From Blastocystis sp. Blastoise (taxonomy: Eukaryota; Protista; Bigyra: Opalinata), in assembly GCA_039096225.1 (NCBI GenBank), contig JBBPEB010000032.1, positions 682,001 through 746,000 on the forward strand: a stretch of 64,000 nucleotides of DNA, in the 5' to 3' direction. Position numbers and translations under genes: made by a program. This document shows, piece after piece, positions 45,219 through 58,618 of the stretch (positions within the stretch are counted from its first letter, which is position 1; every line of letters begins with the position of its first letter). The notes below the pieces were generated by a model. The model had not been told where the DNA came from. It searched no databases and saw nothing but the letters and a program-made list of their open reading frames with translations.

Positions 45219-46117
45219 TTGTAATCCTTCTGTATATGCAGCTCCAATCATAGCAATCAAATAAGGATCTTCACCAAAGGTTTCCTGACCTCTACCCCAT
45301 CTATATATATATAATAATAATAACAATAAACATAATAATAAATATAAACATAATATACAAAAGAATAAAAAACATAATAATAAATAAAACCATAATAAAT
45401 AAAAGAATAATAAGCATAACAATAATAAATATCTATCACAAAAGTATTAAAATATAAAATAATATACATATATATACCTAGGATCTCTGAATAAGTTGAC
45501 ATTTGGAGAAAAACAATTAAGAGAAAGAGCTTCTAAAGAACTACCGTTATTTTTATGTAATAAGATATTATGTAATGCACGACCTTCATCAGCTGTAACA
45601 CTTCCTAATTTCTTTATCTATAAACATATAAATAGAAAAGATCAATTATTGTAAATTAAAAAAGCATAATTCAAATATACAATAGATAAATCAAAAGTAG
45701 CACCTAAGCCAATAGGTCCTGGAAATGTGTTCCACGTATAATTGTAAAACTTACCTCCAGAAGCAGTCCATCCATGAAGACAATTAGAACGCCAATTATA
45801 ATCTCTATTTTCAAAATAAAAAAAATAACAATTAAGAATATAAAGAGAACTATATTTACTTCATGCCTAAGTGAGGTATAGCAGGAGCAGCACGACCAGT
45901 TTGATTTACTAATTCTTCTAAAGTCATTCGACTGACTAAATCTTCAACACGTTCATTAATAGAAAGATCTGAATTACAGTAGGGATATCTATTATTTAAA
46001 AAATATCAATAGAAAAGATATCATTTACTCAGATTGAGGTTTAGACTGGCAATCCACTGACTGATACGCCCATGTCAACATAAGACATAGAGAGATGAAG
46101 CAAACTAATTTGTACAT
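42060..46117 (-). CDS. Secreted glycoside hydrolase family 3 (beta-xylosidase/beta-glucosidase-like) with C-terminal Fn3-like domain, about 20 exons
   Basis: Signal peptide, [64 protein letters not shown], MMSDN (nucleophile Asp), EGEDHDR, AFYPGQFGG, YNPAGKLPYT, GRTYKYF, FPFGYGLSYS, PKRQLMGFKRV, VGGGQP. The junctions checked are GT-AG and in phase. Confidence 0.95.
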
Positions 46118-46623
46118 AATCAAATAAGTTGAAAAATATAAGAAGAACACAATTTTTTTAAGAAGATATTTAATCTAGATTAAGTAATAAACTGAGTTTT
46201 CTTAAATTCATTTTATTTTTATTCATTTTTTCAAATCATTTATGATTTCTTCAAATTTATATCACTTTAGTGTGATCTTAATTCTCATTAAATTTTTAAT
46301 TTTGTACTTTTTTATTAAAAATAATGCAATAATATGATGATTATTCTTCATAATTAGCAGAAAAATATGATTTTCAGTGATAATTATCATGCAGAGTTTT
46401 TCTCATAAGTTATTCTATAAAAATCAATAATAAAACAAAACAAATTATTCAATTAAACAGAATAAAATATCTTTTTATTTATTTGTTTCACATTAAAAGC
46501 TATTTATGAGTATGTCTTGCATATATACAATAATATTTTTATCATTTGGATTTTAGAAACCGTCTTTATTAAGTTTTTCGCTGTTTTAAATGACGATAAA
46601 GAGTACTTGATTAAAGAAATAAG

Positions 46624-48754
46624 TCAAATTAAATTAAATAAAATATATATAATCAAATAAAAATAAATATGTTTTCTTTTAAAAGGATATAGTTGTTCAA
46701 ATTTCCCAAAATAAGTATCATATCGTTGTCTCAATTCTTCAATTTTTTTATCATCATTATTTATAGTTGAATTGTCTTCACCAGAAACATCAGGGTCTTC
46801 AGGAGGTAGTAATGCAATTTCACGTAAATAACTCTTCCATTCTTCTAATTGCATATATTTATATCCACCATGGGATAAAACACCATATATATAAATAAAA
46901 TAATAGTTTTATTACATTCTAAAGAAATTGTCATAGCTTTAGTTTTATGCAAAATATTCATGAATCATTAAATATATATATAATTATTATATATATAATT
47001 ATTATATATATATATATACCCATATATTAAATCATATCCTTTTATAAAGGATCCATTAAACGAAAGCGTAGGTAAACTATTTGTTTGAGTCCATCGACAA
47101 TACTATTTATATAGTATATAATATATAGAGAGAAATAATAATATGAAATAAAAAAATAAAATAAACAAAAGTATATATATATAATATATAATAAAACATA
47201 AAAGTTAAATAGAAAAATTTAAAAATGACATAAAATAAAAACATAATAATAATAATAATAATAATATATACTGAATCTATAATAAATTTCTCTTGTTTTG
47301 CGAAATCCAGTACAATATCATCTTTAAGTCCAGCATACGGTTTCCCGCGAATAATTGGTGTTTTTGAGAATGATGGAGATTCTATGTAAAAAATGATATA
47401 AATATATATAACCTAATTACATAATTACATAAAAATAAAAAGAATTATAGATATATAAGCATATATATAAATATACATAATCTTTATAAAACAACAACAA
47501 ACGTATATATTAATAAAAACATATAGATACCTTTTTCCATTTCTTCATTAATACGTTTTCTTATAGATGTTTTTCTCTTTTGATGAATAATATTATAATC
47601 TTCATCTTTCTCTTCATATTCATCAAAATCACCTTTTTCTTTTAATTCTTTCTTTTCTTTTCTTAATATTCTATTAATAATTTCTTCAGAAGATAATTCG
47701 TTCACATTTCCTAAATAGGTATGTACATTTGAAGAATTCGATTGTTTTTCTTTATTCTTAATGGACAATAACTGATCTTTTCGTTTCTCTATAAATTCAG
47801 AAAGAAACACTTGTACACGTTTCTTCTATATATTTAATTTTTTAGGATCCATATTATTATATATACTATTAATATATATATATATATACATTGTTTGGAT
47901 ATTTGACATGATTTGAAGAATATTGATTCATAACCATATGAATAAGCGATTCTTCATTTATATTTCGATTCATTTTCATCGTAGGTATACATTCCTTGTA
48001 TTATTATTAATGAAAACAATGATATAAATATATATATATATATATATTATATCATTGATATATATAATATCATTAATAAATATAATATATAATATATATA
48101 TATATATAATAGGATATTAATGTATCTTCCAGTAATTGTCGATATTCGCGAAGAGGTGCATAACCTTTATAACTATATATACATATATATATTATATTAC
48201 TATTATTTAAATAAAAACAAAATATATTAAAAATAAGTATATATACTTTCTTTCTACGGTAGACATGCTAATATATGTATATAAATAAAGAAGATGTAGT
48301 TCTTGAGGAATAGAAGGAGATGGATATTTTGATATATATTTATTAGTATATATATCTAGTGATTCAAAAAGAGAGGAAGGAAGAGAGGAAGGAATAGGAA
48401 TAGATAGAGATGTATATAATATATAGAAATAAGATTGAACAAGAAGAGGAGCTGAAGATATATACTATATATATAGAAGCATTACCATAAGTATTATTTA
48501 TATATATTTTATGAAAAACATAAGTATATATAAGAATTAATATATATATATATGTAAATGATAATAAATAATAAATGTATATACATGTATAATAGGTATC
48601 TTTTGAATCCAGTTTATAATAGGTTTTAAATAATAAGATTCAAAGAGTAAATGACCATTTTGAGAGAGTATATACCAAAATGTATACAATAAATATATAT
48701 GTTCATCAATAGAAGCATACGGAGGGTGAAAAAGATATAAATTAATATATCTAT

Positions 48755-48795
<41 letters not shown>

Positions 48796-50551
48796 GTATT
48801 AATATATTATATATTTAGAGAAGATATAAATTAATATATCTATAGATATATATATTTATAATTATTAGTATTATAAATTAATATATATTTATAATAATCA
48901 TTAATGTATATAATAAAGAAAACTAGAAACTATTAAATATATTCAGAACATATGTTTTTCAAAATATAAATAATAATAATAACATATAAATACTTATATC
49001 CCATTTTAATAATAGAAGAAAACGTGTATTCTGTTTTAATATTTAATTGTTTACATAGAAAGAAGAATTTAAGAATATATGAGTATAATATAGGAAAAGA
49101 ACAAGTAGGTAAATGAAGGCATATTGGCTATATATATTTATATTAAATAATGTATATATATATGTTTTAAATAAGAGAAAGTATAAATATATAAACAATA
49201 ATTTTATAATATATAAATATATATATATACGCATTTACTATCCATAGAATATCCACAAAAACATAATTTATCTGTATATAGTTTAATAGAAGGAATAGGA
49301 GATAAAGAAGGACATATATAGGGTTGATTGTGTTCCTCATAGATGTTCTTAAAGAATACTTGATTCATATAAACTAGTAATCGTAGATAATAGGATATAA
49401 ATGGAGGTATAGATGTTTCTAAAGAATGAATAAATGATGTTTTTTGAGGAATTGAACAATTTAAATCTTCTAATTGATAACTATATATATATATATGAAT
49501 ATAATTATAGAAGAGAAAAAGAAATAGAATACTATTATTTGATATAATATACATTAATTCTAGTGTATTAAGTAAATTCAATGGAGATATATCCGCAACT
49601 GATGTAGGTATATCTTGATATATATCAGTTATTTTCTATATTATATATGTAATTATAGTAGTTATATAATATATGTAATTATAGTAGTTATATTTATATA
49701 TAATATATCATTTATTTTAATTATATATATAATTATATCATTTTTTAATTCTATATATAACTATACACAATTATATTACATATTTTTTATAATAAATATA
49801 AAAGAAATAAATACAGAAAGAATAGCTTGTATATAAAGTTGTGTTTTATGTTTTAACATATCATCACCAACCTATACATATATATTATATATTAACAATA
49901 ATATGTATATAAAATAAAAGTGACTAATAGAAAAATTATGTATATATAACTATTTACTAAAGATAAATCATGAAGTGAGGTAAGTAATATAGAATGAGAT
50001 AGTTTTGAATGTTCTTTGCTTTTTATATAAATAGAATATGATTTCTGAATATATAAAAGATCATGTTCAGTTTCTTTTTTTTCTAACTCGGATGGATCAA
50101 AAGAAAATATATCGGATATGGTTTCTTTAGAGATATCTCTATCATTCTTACAATCACCACACAACCATTCACCAGAAGGGATATCAGAAGGCTATTATAA
50201 GACACAATTATGGATTTAAGTTTAATAAAAGCAATAAAAAAAATTAAAATGCTATCGAGATAAAACGTATACCTTTAATTTGAGGCATTCTAAATGAAAT
50301 GATCTTTTGCACTTCCCATCGCAACAAATTAATTTTCTAAACAGATATAATTTCATTAATTATATTATTTTTGGTTGTTTCACATACCCTCTACATCCAC
50401 ATAAAGCGCAAAAAGTATCGTTTTCATCGATAATTTGTTTTTCAATTGAAGACGGTTCATCTACGTTCACTGGTTTCAGTTCTATAACATCAGAAGTCTC
50501 TTTCGCTGGCTTTTCGACGCTCTTTTCTATATAAAATGTATATTCACTCAT
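46624..50551 (-). CDS. Chromatin protein with N-terminal PHD finger and C-terminal ARID-like domain
   Basis: PHD: NDTFCALCGCRGKLICCDGKCKRSFHLECL...PSGEWLCGDC. ARID-like: LPTLSFNGSFIKGYDLIYGVLSHGGY...EEW...LRQRYDTYFGKFEQ. The last intron lacks a usable AG (see findings). Confidence 0.75.
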
Positions 50552-51396
50552 TTTTTTAATTTTTTGACAATTTTTTTTTATTCTAAAAATAGAAACAAAC
50601 AATATTCTGTTTTTCTAAAAAAATAATAAAAAAATAGTTTTGAATACAATTATTTATGCCACACTCTCTCAATAGGATACTAATTCAATATATTCAAAAA
50701 AACTAATTATCAGAAAAAATCAATGAATAATCTTCCTATATATTAACATTATTGTGTTTTATTACACTCTATAGACTATTTCAAATGTATTACACGCTTT
50801 TTTTCCTCTTAAAACCGTGAATCTATTCATCCAAACAAATTTTTTTTTATGTTGATAGTATACTATTTCAATTATATTACTCATGCCTTTTCTACATTCC
50901 AAGGCTTTTATTACATCTTTGAATACTCGTTTTTATGAGATTTTTCAATTAAATTGGCGAAAACCTCAAATCTTTAAAATCAAAATCCATATGATTTGTT
51001 CTAATTATTTGAACTTTAAAGTTCTTTTTCTTTTATTTTTAGAATAACACTGCTTACAAATGAGATGAAATTAATGCTAAGTAGGATTCAACGTGTCTGA
51101 ATGTATCTGACTTTTGTTTTTTTCGTTAAAAATGAGAAAAACAAATGATGATTACTCATAAAACAAATTTTTGGTTGGTCAAAAAGTGAATGGGGGAAAA
51201 ACACGCTTGTGGCTACAAATCGATTTTTTAGTTATGAAAAGAAACAAGAGAAAAATTAATTTCAAAGGGTAGTCATTAGAGATAATCATTAATACTGAGG
51301 AGAATAAAACATGGCTGAATTCATTTTATAAAAATATTTTAATTTTTGGAATATATATATATTTTTTGATATTTCCAAAATAAATTCTTGACGATT

Positions 51397-52234
51397 ATGG
51401 CTAAAGACTCTAAAGCTAAGTGCGATTGTGCTGCTGTTAAGAAACAGTTAATCAAATATCACATGATCATTATGATCTTGGTTGCTGTTATCATAGGTGT
51501 TGTCTACCCAACTCCAGGTGCTTATATGGCTAAAACGCAACTTTCTAATGTGTGTATTTTCCTCATTTTTATTATTTCCGGTTTAAAATTAAATGGAGAT
51601 CAGATAAAAAAAGCTATCCATGCTTGGCCTGTATGTTATTTCTCATTTCAATAGTTGTCTTTATATTTTTTTGTTTTTTTTTATAGTTTTTTTATTTGTG
51701 TTTTTTTTTATTTAGGCTGCTTTGTCTGGTGTTATATATATATTGTTTTTGACTCCTATTATTGGTTTTGGGATCTTACAAATTCCTTTAACACCTACTG
51801 AGTTAATTACTGGTTTAGCTTGTGTCACATGTGCTCCTACAACTATGGCTTCAGGTGCTATTCTTACTGAACAAGTATATATTAATTGAATTTTAGTATT
51901 ATATTGAATATAATAAAATTGTTATAATGTTTTTTTTTATTATTATATTTTTGTTTTTTTATTATTAAATTTTAATAAAATTTATATTTATTAGTGTGGT
52001 GGTAATTTTGGTTGTGGATTATTACTTTCTGTAGCTACTAATTTAATAGGTGTTTTTGTAGTTCCTTTTACTGTTAGTCTTATGTTTAATGCTGCGCAAG
52101 TTAGTATTGAATTAGATGCTGTAAAAATGCTTGTCGAATTATTAGTGTTAATTGCATTACCTATGGTTATTGGATTTGTATGCATTTATTTTTTTTATAT
52201 TTATTTATTTATATTTATTTATATTTATTAATAT

Positions 52235-52281
<47 letters not shown>

Positions 52282-53192
52282 TTATATATATATATATATA
52301 TATTATTTAAATATTTTAAATAATAAAAATATAGTTAAATTACTTTTCTATATAGTGTGTATCTCATTTCATTCCTGGTGTTTCTGGTTTCATTAAGAAA
52401 TATAATACTATATTTAAGTTTTTATCTTCTTTCTTCTTATGTCTTGTCCCTTGGGTTAAAATGAGTAATTCTGCTGAAAAATTATTAAGTCTTGAAATAG
52501 GTCAATTCTTTATTGTTCTTTTCCTTTGTCTTGCAACTAATTTATTGTATATATATACTATATATATAAGATAGTTATATTTTTTAAAATATATAGTTTG
52601 ATATTTAAAGATATATATACTATCTAATATAATATATATATATATATATTATAATGTTCATAATAATTATATTTATATAATTAGGTTTTTCTTTGTTGCA
52701 TGGCTTATATGTAAAATATTCCGATTCTCATTTGAAGATATGACCGCCGTCACTCTCTGTGGATGTGGGAAAACATTACCCATTAGTCTTACTAGTATTT
52801 ATATATTTATATTATTTTATTTATTATAGTTTTTTATTTTATTTATTATAGTTTTTTTATTTTATTTATTATATTATTTTATTTATTCTATTTCTTATTT
52901 TATTATTATTCTATTTATTATCATTATTATTTTTACTATTTTCTTTCTATTAATTTTATTCACTATTCCTAATTATCTTATTGAAATATATCCACAAAGA
53001 CGCTTCTATATATATATATATATATAGTTGTATCATATCTTCCTGCTAGTATGGGTGATCAAGGATTATTAACACTTCCTTCTCTTGTTATTCAATTCTT
53101 ACAAGTATTATTATATATCATTTTTATTCATATACATACTTTTCTTTTTAGTTAATTACGACTTCAATTATTAGTGGATGCTTTGGTTCTTG

Positions 53193-53267
<75 letters not shown>

Positions 53268-53728
53268 ATAAATAAATATAAACAATTATATAAATATATA
53301 TACTTATACATATAATTCAATATATATATAATAAACTATATTACATATATATATATTTAGATAATGATAAGAGATTATTAAAGAAGAGTAATAAGGAATT
53401 AGGTAAAAAAGAAGATCAATCTTCGATAAAGATGGAAGAATCTGTTAATACAGGAATAGAATTAACATCTACTTCAAAACCTTCTGAAATAACTACTATG
53501 AATACTGAAGAAGATATTATTAAGAAGAGTCCTATTGATAATGATGAAAATCATATTCATGATTCTAATATTACTAATAATAATGTTACTAATAATAATA
53601 CTACTACTAATAATAGTAATAGTAAGAGTACGGTGGATGTATCTCCTATGAGAGTCGATAGTCCCATGGGAAATAGTATTAATTCACTTCCTGAACATAA
53701 TGACACAGTCGACTCAGATACTCATTAA
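51397..53728 (+). CDS. Sodium/bile-acid symporter family transporter (SLC10A7/BASS4-like), copy 1
   Basis: GVVYPTPG, IFIISGLKL, CAPTTMASGAILTEQCGGNFG, TNLIGVFVVPF, LVPWVKMS, GKTLPISL; multiple TM helices and a low-complexity tail. Confidence 0.88.
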
Positions 53729-54726
53729 ACTATATATATATATATATTATATATATTTTAAATATTTATAACCTATTTAATTTTCATTATATAACTTTTA
53801 AAGTATATTTTCATATATAATAATAATTAATATTTCTATTACTGATATAATCTGAATCTATATATAATTCTTATGCGACGTTTTCAGTATCATTCTTTAT
53901 TTTATTAGTTATCTTTCTATATCTATTTCATTTCTTATGTATAGATTATTTTGTATGAGATTTTTAACAATCATATATTTATTCAATGAAATTTTTTATT
54001 ACCTATATATATAAACTATTTTTTAATTTATATTTTTTACTTTTTCTTAGTTCATAGTATTTAATATATTTTTTTTCTTTTCTTCATGAACTCATATCAT
54101 ATATATTATATATTCAAATATATAAATATTTCTTGTACCTTTCTTTCATTTTCTCTTTTGTTAGGAAATTTATATAGTTTCTATTATTCATTTTTTTTGG
54201 TTGACATTCCATTATCATGAATTCTTGGTCTTTTGATATCTATAATTGTCTACTGATAATTTTTTAAATCCACATAGTTTGTCTAAATCATCAAAATGCA
54301 ACTTTATATTCACTTCTAGATCCATATAATTTCATGTAGAAACTAATTAAAATTTCTTATAGAGTATTTGAAATGAAATAAATTTGGTTTATGAGCAAAT
54401 TCACGATAGAATATTATTTTTAACAAATAATTTGTTAAAAAGAGTATTTATGTTTTTTTGACCAATAAATATATGGGCCATAAATACCGAATTACAGTTA
54501 TTTGATTTGTTAAAAAGTTTCTTAATTTAACGAAAACCCTAAAACCGATTATCTCATTGGCTTATTTTTTGAAGTCACCAATGGATAATTTGTCATAATA
54601 TATCCACCCTATTAGAAAGCAATCTTTACTTTTGAGTTGATTGTCATTTCGGTCTATCATTCATTTTCATTTAATAGCAAATTCATTTTCTTCTTTATAC
54701 AAATTATATTTATATAAAACAAAAAA

Positions 54727-56059
54727 ATGTACAAAAATAAGAGAAAGGCTAAGGACGTTGAGAAGGGTATTCTTGATTTCATCGTTAAGTATCACATGAT
54801 TCTTATGATTATTGTGGCTGTAATCATAGGACTTATATGGCCTGAACCAGGTGTGGTTATGGCCAAAACACAATTTAAAAATGTTTGTATCTTCTTTATC
54901 TTTTTGATATCTGGATTAAAAATGAATGTTAATTGTATTAAGAAAGCCTTTAAAGCTTGGAAAGTAAGTTTGTATCCTATTGATGATTTCTTATATACTT
55001 TTTTTGTAATAAAATATACTTTTTCATCTATAGGCTACATTATTTGGAATATTTTATATGTTAATAATTACTGCTGCTATTGGATATGGTATTCTTCAAA
55101 TTAAAATTGGTGATGAAGGTTTAATTGTAGGTTTAGCAGTATTATGTTGTGTTCCTGGTACGATGGCTTCAAGTGCTGTTCTTACAGAACAAGTATAAAT
55201 CATTTAAAATTTTTCTAAAAATATTTATTTTTTCTATACTCTCTTTTATGTATTATAGTGTGATGGTAATTTTGGTTGTGCTTTATTATTATCTGTAGGT
55301 AGTAATTTAATAGGTGTTTTTGTTGTTCCGGTGACTGTTACTTTAGTTTTGAGTGCTTATATAAGTGATATGGAATTTGAAACAATAGAATTATTAGTTG
55401 AATTATTAATTATTGTTGCATTACCGATGACTATTGGATATGTATATATATTAGAATATATTCTTTTATATAAATTTATTATATATATATTTCTTTTAAT
55501 AAAAATGTTATTTAAAGTATAAATATGTATATTTCTAGTTATTAAATACTTTTATAAAACAATTACCTAAGAAGATTAAGAAAGTCAATACTCTTTTAAA
55601 AATATTATCTTCTTTATTATTATGTTTTGTTCCTTGGATGAAGATATCTGCTGCCGCACCTAAATTATTAGCCCTAGATCTTATTTCTCTAGCTATTACT
55701 ATTGGTTTGTGTCTTTTTGTAAATGCTTTGTATTTTATTATTTATTATATTATTTATTATATTATTTATTATCATTTATTATATTATTTATTATTATTTA
55801 TTATATTATTTATTATTATTTATTATATTATTTATTATTATTTATTATATTATTTATTATTATATTATGTTATTTTATAATATATATGTTTATTTTTTAT
55901 TATTATATTATTTATTATTTATTATTATTATTATTATTATATATATAGGTTTTTCTTTTCTTCTTGGGGATTATGTGCGTTATTACGGTTTAATTTAGAA
56001 GATACAAAAGCAGTTGCTTTATGTGCAGCAGGAAAAACACTTCCTATTGGATTAACTAG

Positions 56060-56127
<68 letters not shown>

Positions 56128-56249
56128 TATTCTATATTCTATACATATATATTTAATAATATATGTATATAGTTATTGAGTTTTTACCTCCTGAAGTTGG
56201 AGATCCAGGTGTTTTAGCTGTTCCTTTCCTTATCTATCAAGTCTTACAA

Positions 56250-56280
<31 letters not shown>

Positions 56281-56346
56281 CTATTTTTATAGCTCATTAC
56301 GTTATCGGTTGTTTCTGGATTATGGATTCCTAGTAAATATATATAA

Positions 56347-56377
<31 letters not shown>

Positions 56378-56912
56378 TAATTCTATTCATCTAAATAACA
56401 TAATCTATTATTTTTAAATATTATTTCTCTATAGAATCTGGTCATATTGAAAAGAAAGTTGTTTTACATTCAGAAATCTTTACTCCCATGGGATATAACG
56501 GAACTCCTGCTGCTTCTCAAAGTGTGTCTATTCCCACGGATATATCCACTATTGAAGGATTATTACCTATACAAGTGAATGATCATAATGAAACAAAAGA
56601 TTTACATAAGAATGAAGAACATGAAAAAGATGAGAAAAATAATAATAATTATATAACTAATGATCAACATACATTAAAAGGACAATCTGTTTCTTCCAAT
56701 GCTAATTATGAAACACATGTTCATATGAGAGATCTAGCTTTACTTATGGCAAATAGAAAGCCGAATATACCTCAAGATACTCAAGATCCTGTTATTCAAC
56801 ATAGTCCAAATACTTCGAGTACTCCTATTATTCCTAATAGTACTGTTACTTCTCTTCCTCATAATCTTCCTGCTACATATACACCTCAATCTCCTAATAC
56901 TCCTCCTCTATC

Positions 56913-56964
<52 letters not shown>

Positions 56965-57042
56965 GATAATAATAATAAAGATAATAATAATAATTCATTG
57001 AATCCTACTATTTCAAATTCTCAATCAAATAATGATAATTAA
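54727..57042 (+). CDS. Sodium/bile-acid symporter family transporter (SLC10A7/BASS4-like), copy 2, tandem paralog
   Basis: KYHMILMIIVAVIIG, WPEPG, IFLISGLKM, CVPGTMASSAVLTEQCDGNFG, SNLIGVFVVP, FVPWMKIS, GKTLPIGL. Intron positions match copy 1. Confidence 0.88.
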
Positions 57043-57454
57043 TTTTTATAATATATATGTAGTTATATAGATTTTTTGAGCTACTAGAATAACAACATAT
57101 ATTCATTTAATTATTTAAATTAATTATTATATTCCTATGTCACTATTTTATATATATATATATAATTCACTAGTTTATTATCTCCAGTACATTTCATATA
57201 CATATTTATTATGAAACATAACATTACACATAATATATCATTTTTTTTTCTATATTCTTAATTTTTTTTTTTACATTTATTTCTTTTTTTTTCTAAATAT
57301 AAAAATATATAAATTATACACTATTGTCTTCTATACTATAAACCTCGTTCCTTCAATAATAATAATAAATAATTATTTTTGTTTTGTTTTCAACTAAACT
57401 ATTCCATACTCAAATAATTATTATTTATATATATATTTTAAAACAACTAAAGTT

Positions 57455-57604
57455 TATTTTTCTTTTGTTATATCGAAATAAGAATTAATTCCTTTGCGCG
57501 CAGTAGGTAGTACACTATATTTACAACAGTCTATGATTTTATTCTTTTCAATACAATCTATTATCCATTGAGGATGAACAACTATTAATCGACCCTAATA
57601 GATG

Positions 57605-57650
<46 letters not shown>

Positions 57651-58258
57651 TGAAATTTCTAATGATTCTCAATATATTAATATATACCTTAAGAGCATCT
57701 TGAGTTTTTTTTAGACTTAGATTCACAGCTACAATAACATTAACTTGTAATTTTGCATAAAAGTGTTCAGTACATCCACCATATTCATGAACACGCCTTA
57801 CAAGATCATACCTATATAAATTTTATTATTTTCAAAAGTCTTCTATTGTAAAAGAGGAATAAAAAACAAAAATAATAGAACAATACCTTGAATAACTTCC
57901 TAAATATCCAGTAAAATAAAACGAATAGCCTTTAAATAAATCACTCTTCTTCTTTGGAGCATCTAAACATAAAAAAATATAATAAAGAAAATTAGATAAC
58001 ATATACTTTTAAATACTGCATCCTCAAGGTATTTTTTATATTGATCTCTATATGCGACATATAAAATAAATAAAATATTAACGAATACTTTGATTCCTTG
58101 GTTTCACTCCAGAATTTCTTCTTTGTAATGCTCTCCACCGGCTCGAAATTAAGTCCATAAGGTACCTCCTTCTCATTGTTCTTATCCTTTTGATATTTAA
58201 ATTGATGAGAAGTTGATTTTGATGATGGCGCTGAAATCTTATCGAAGTATTTCTCCAT
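57455..58258 (-). CDS. Small stand-alone BRCT protein (REV1-N-terminal-like BRCT)
   Basis: Five exons: SDLFKGYSFYFTGY...VHEYGG...VNVIVAVNLSLKK...VVHPQWIIDCIEKNKII..Y. PIP-like KGINSYF near the C-terminus. No polymerase domain. Confidence 0.75.
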
Positions 58259-58618
58259 TATAGAATTATTGCAAGTCACTCTATGTATTCTGAATCAAAC
58301 AAGTTGAATTTCGAAATAATTGAAGATGCTTAAATGTATTAAAAAAAATTATGTTTTTAAATATTTTGTGTTTTCATTCTAAAAACATATAAAAAGCTCA
58401 TATATTTATAATATGATTCTTTAAAATTAGAACACAAGAATATTGAAAGAATAGAATAATATATAAAACAACTGGAGATGATAACGAAGATTTAAATATA
58501 TATATATATACTATAGGAGACAAATAAATAATAGTTATTCATGAAAAGAAGAGAAATAGCATATTTACGAAGGAATAGAGAGTAAATTTATATAGAATAC
58601 TATATATATATATAAGAT

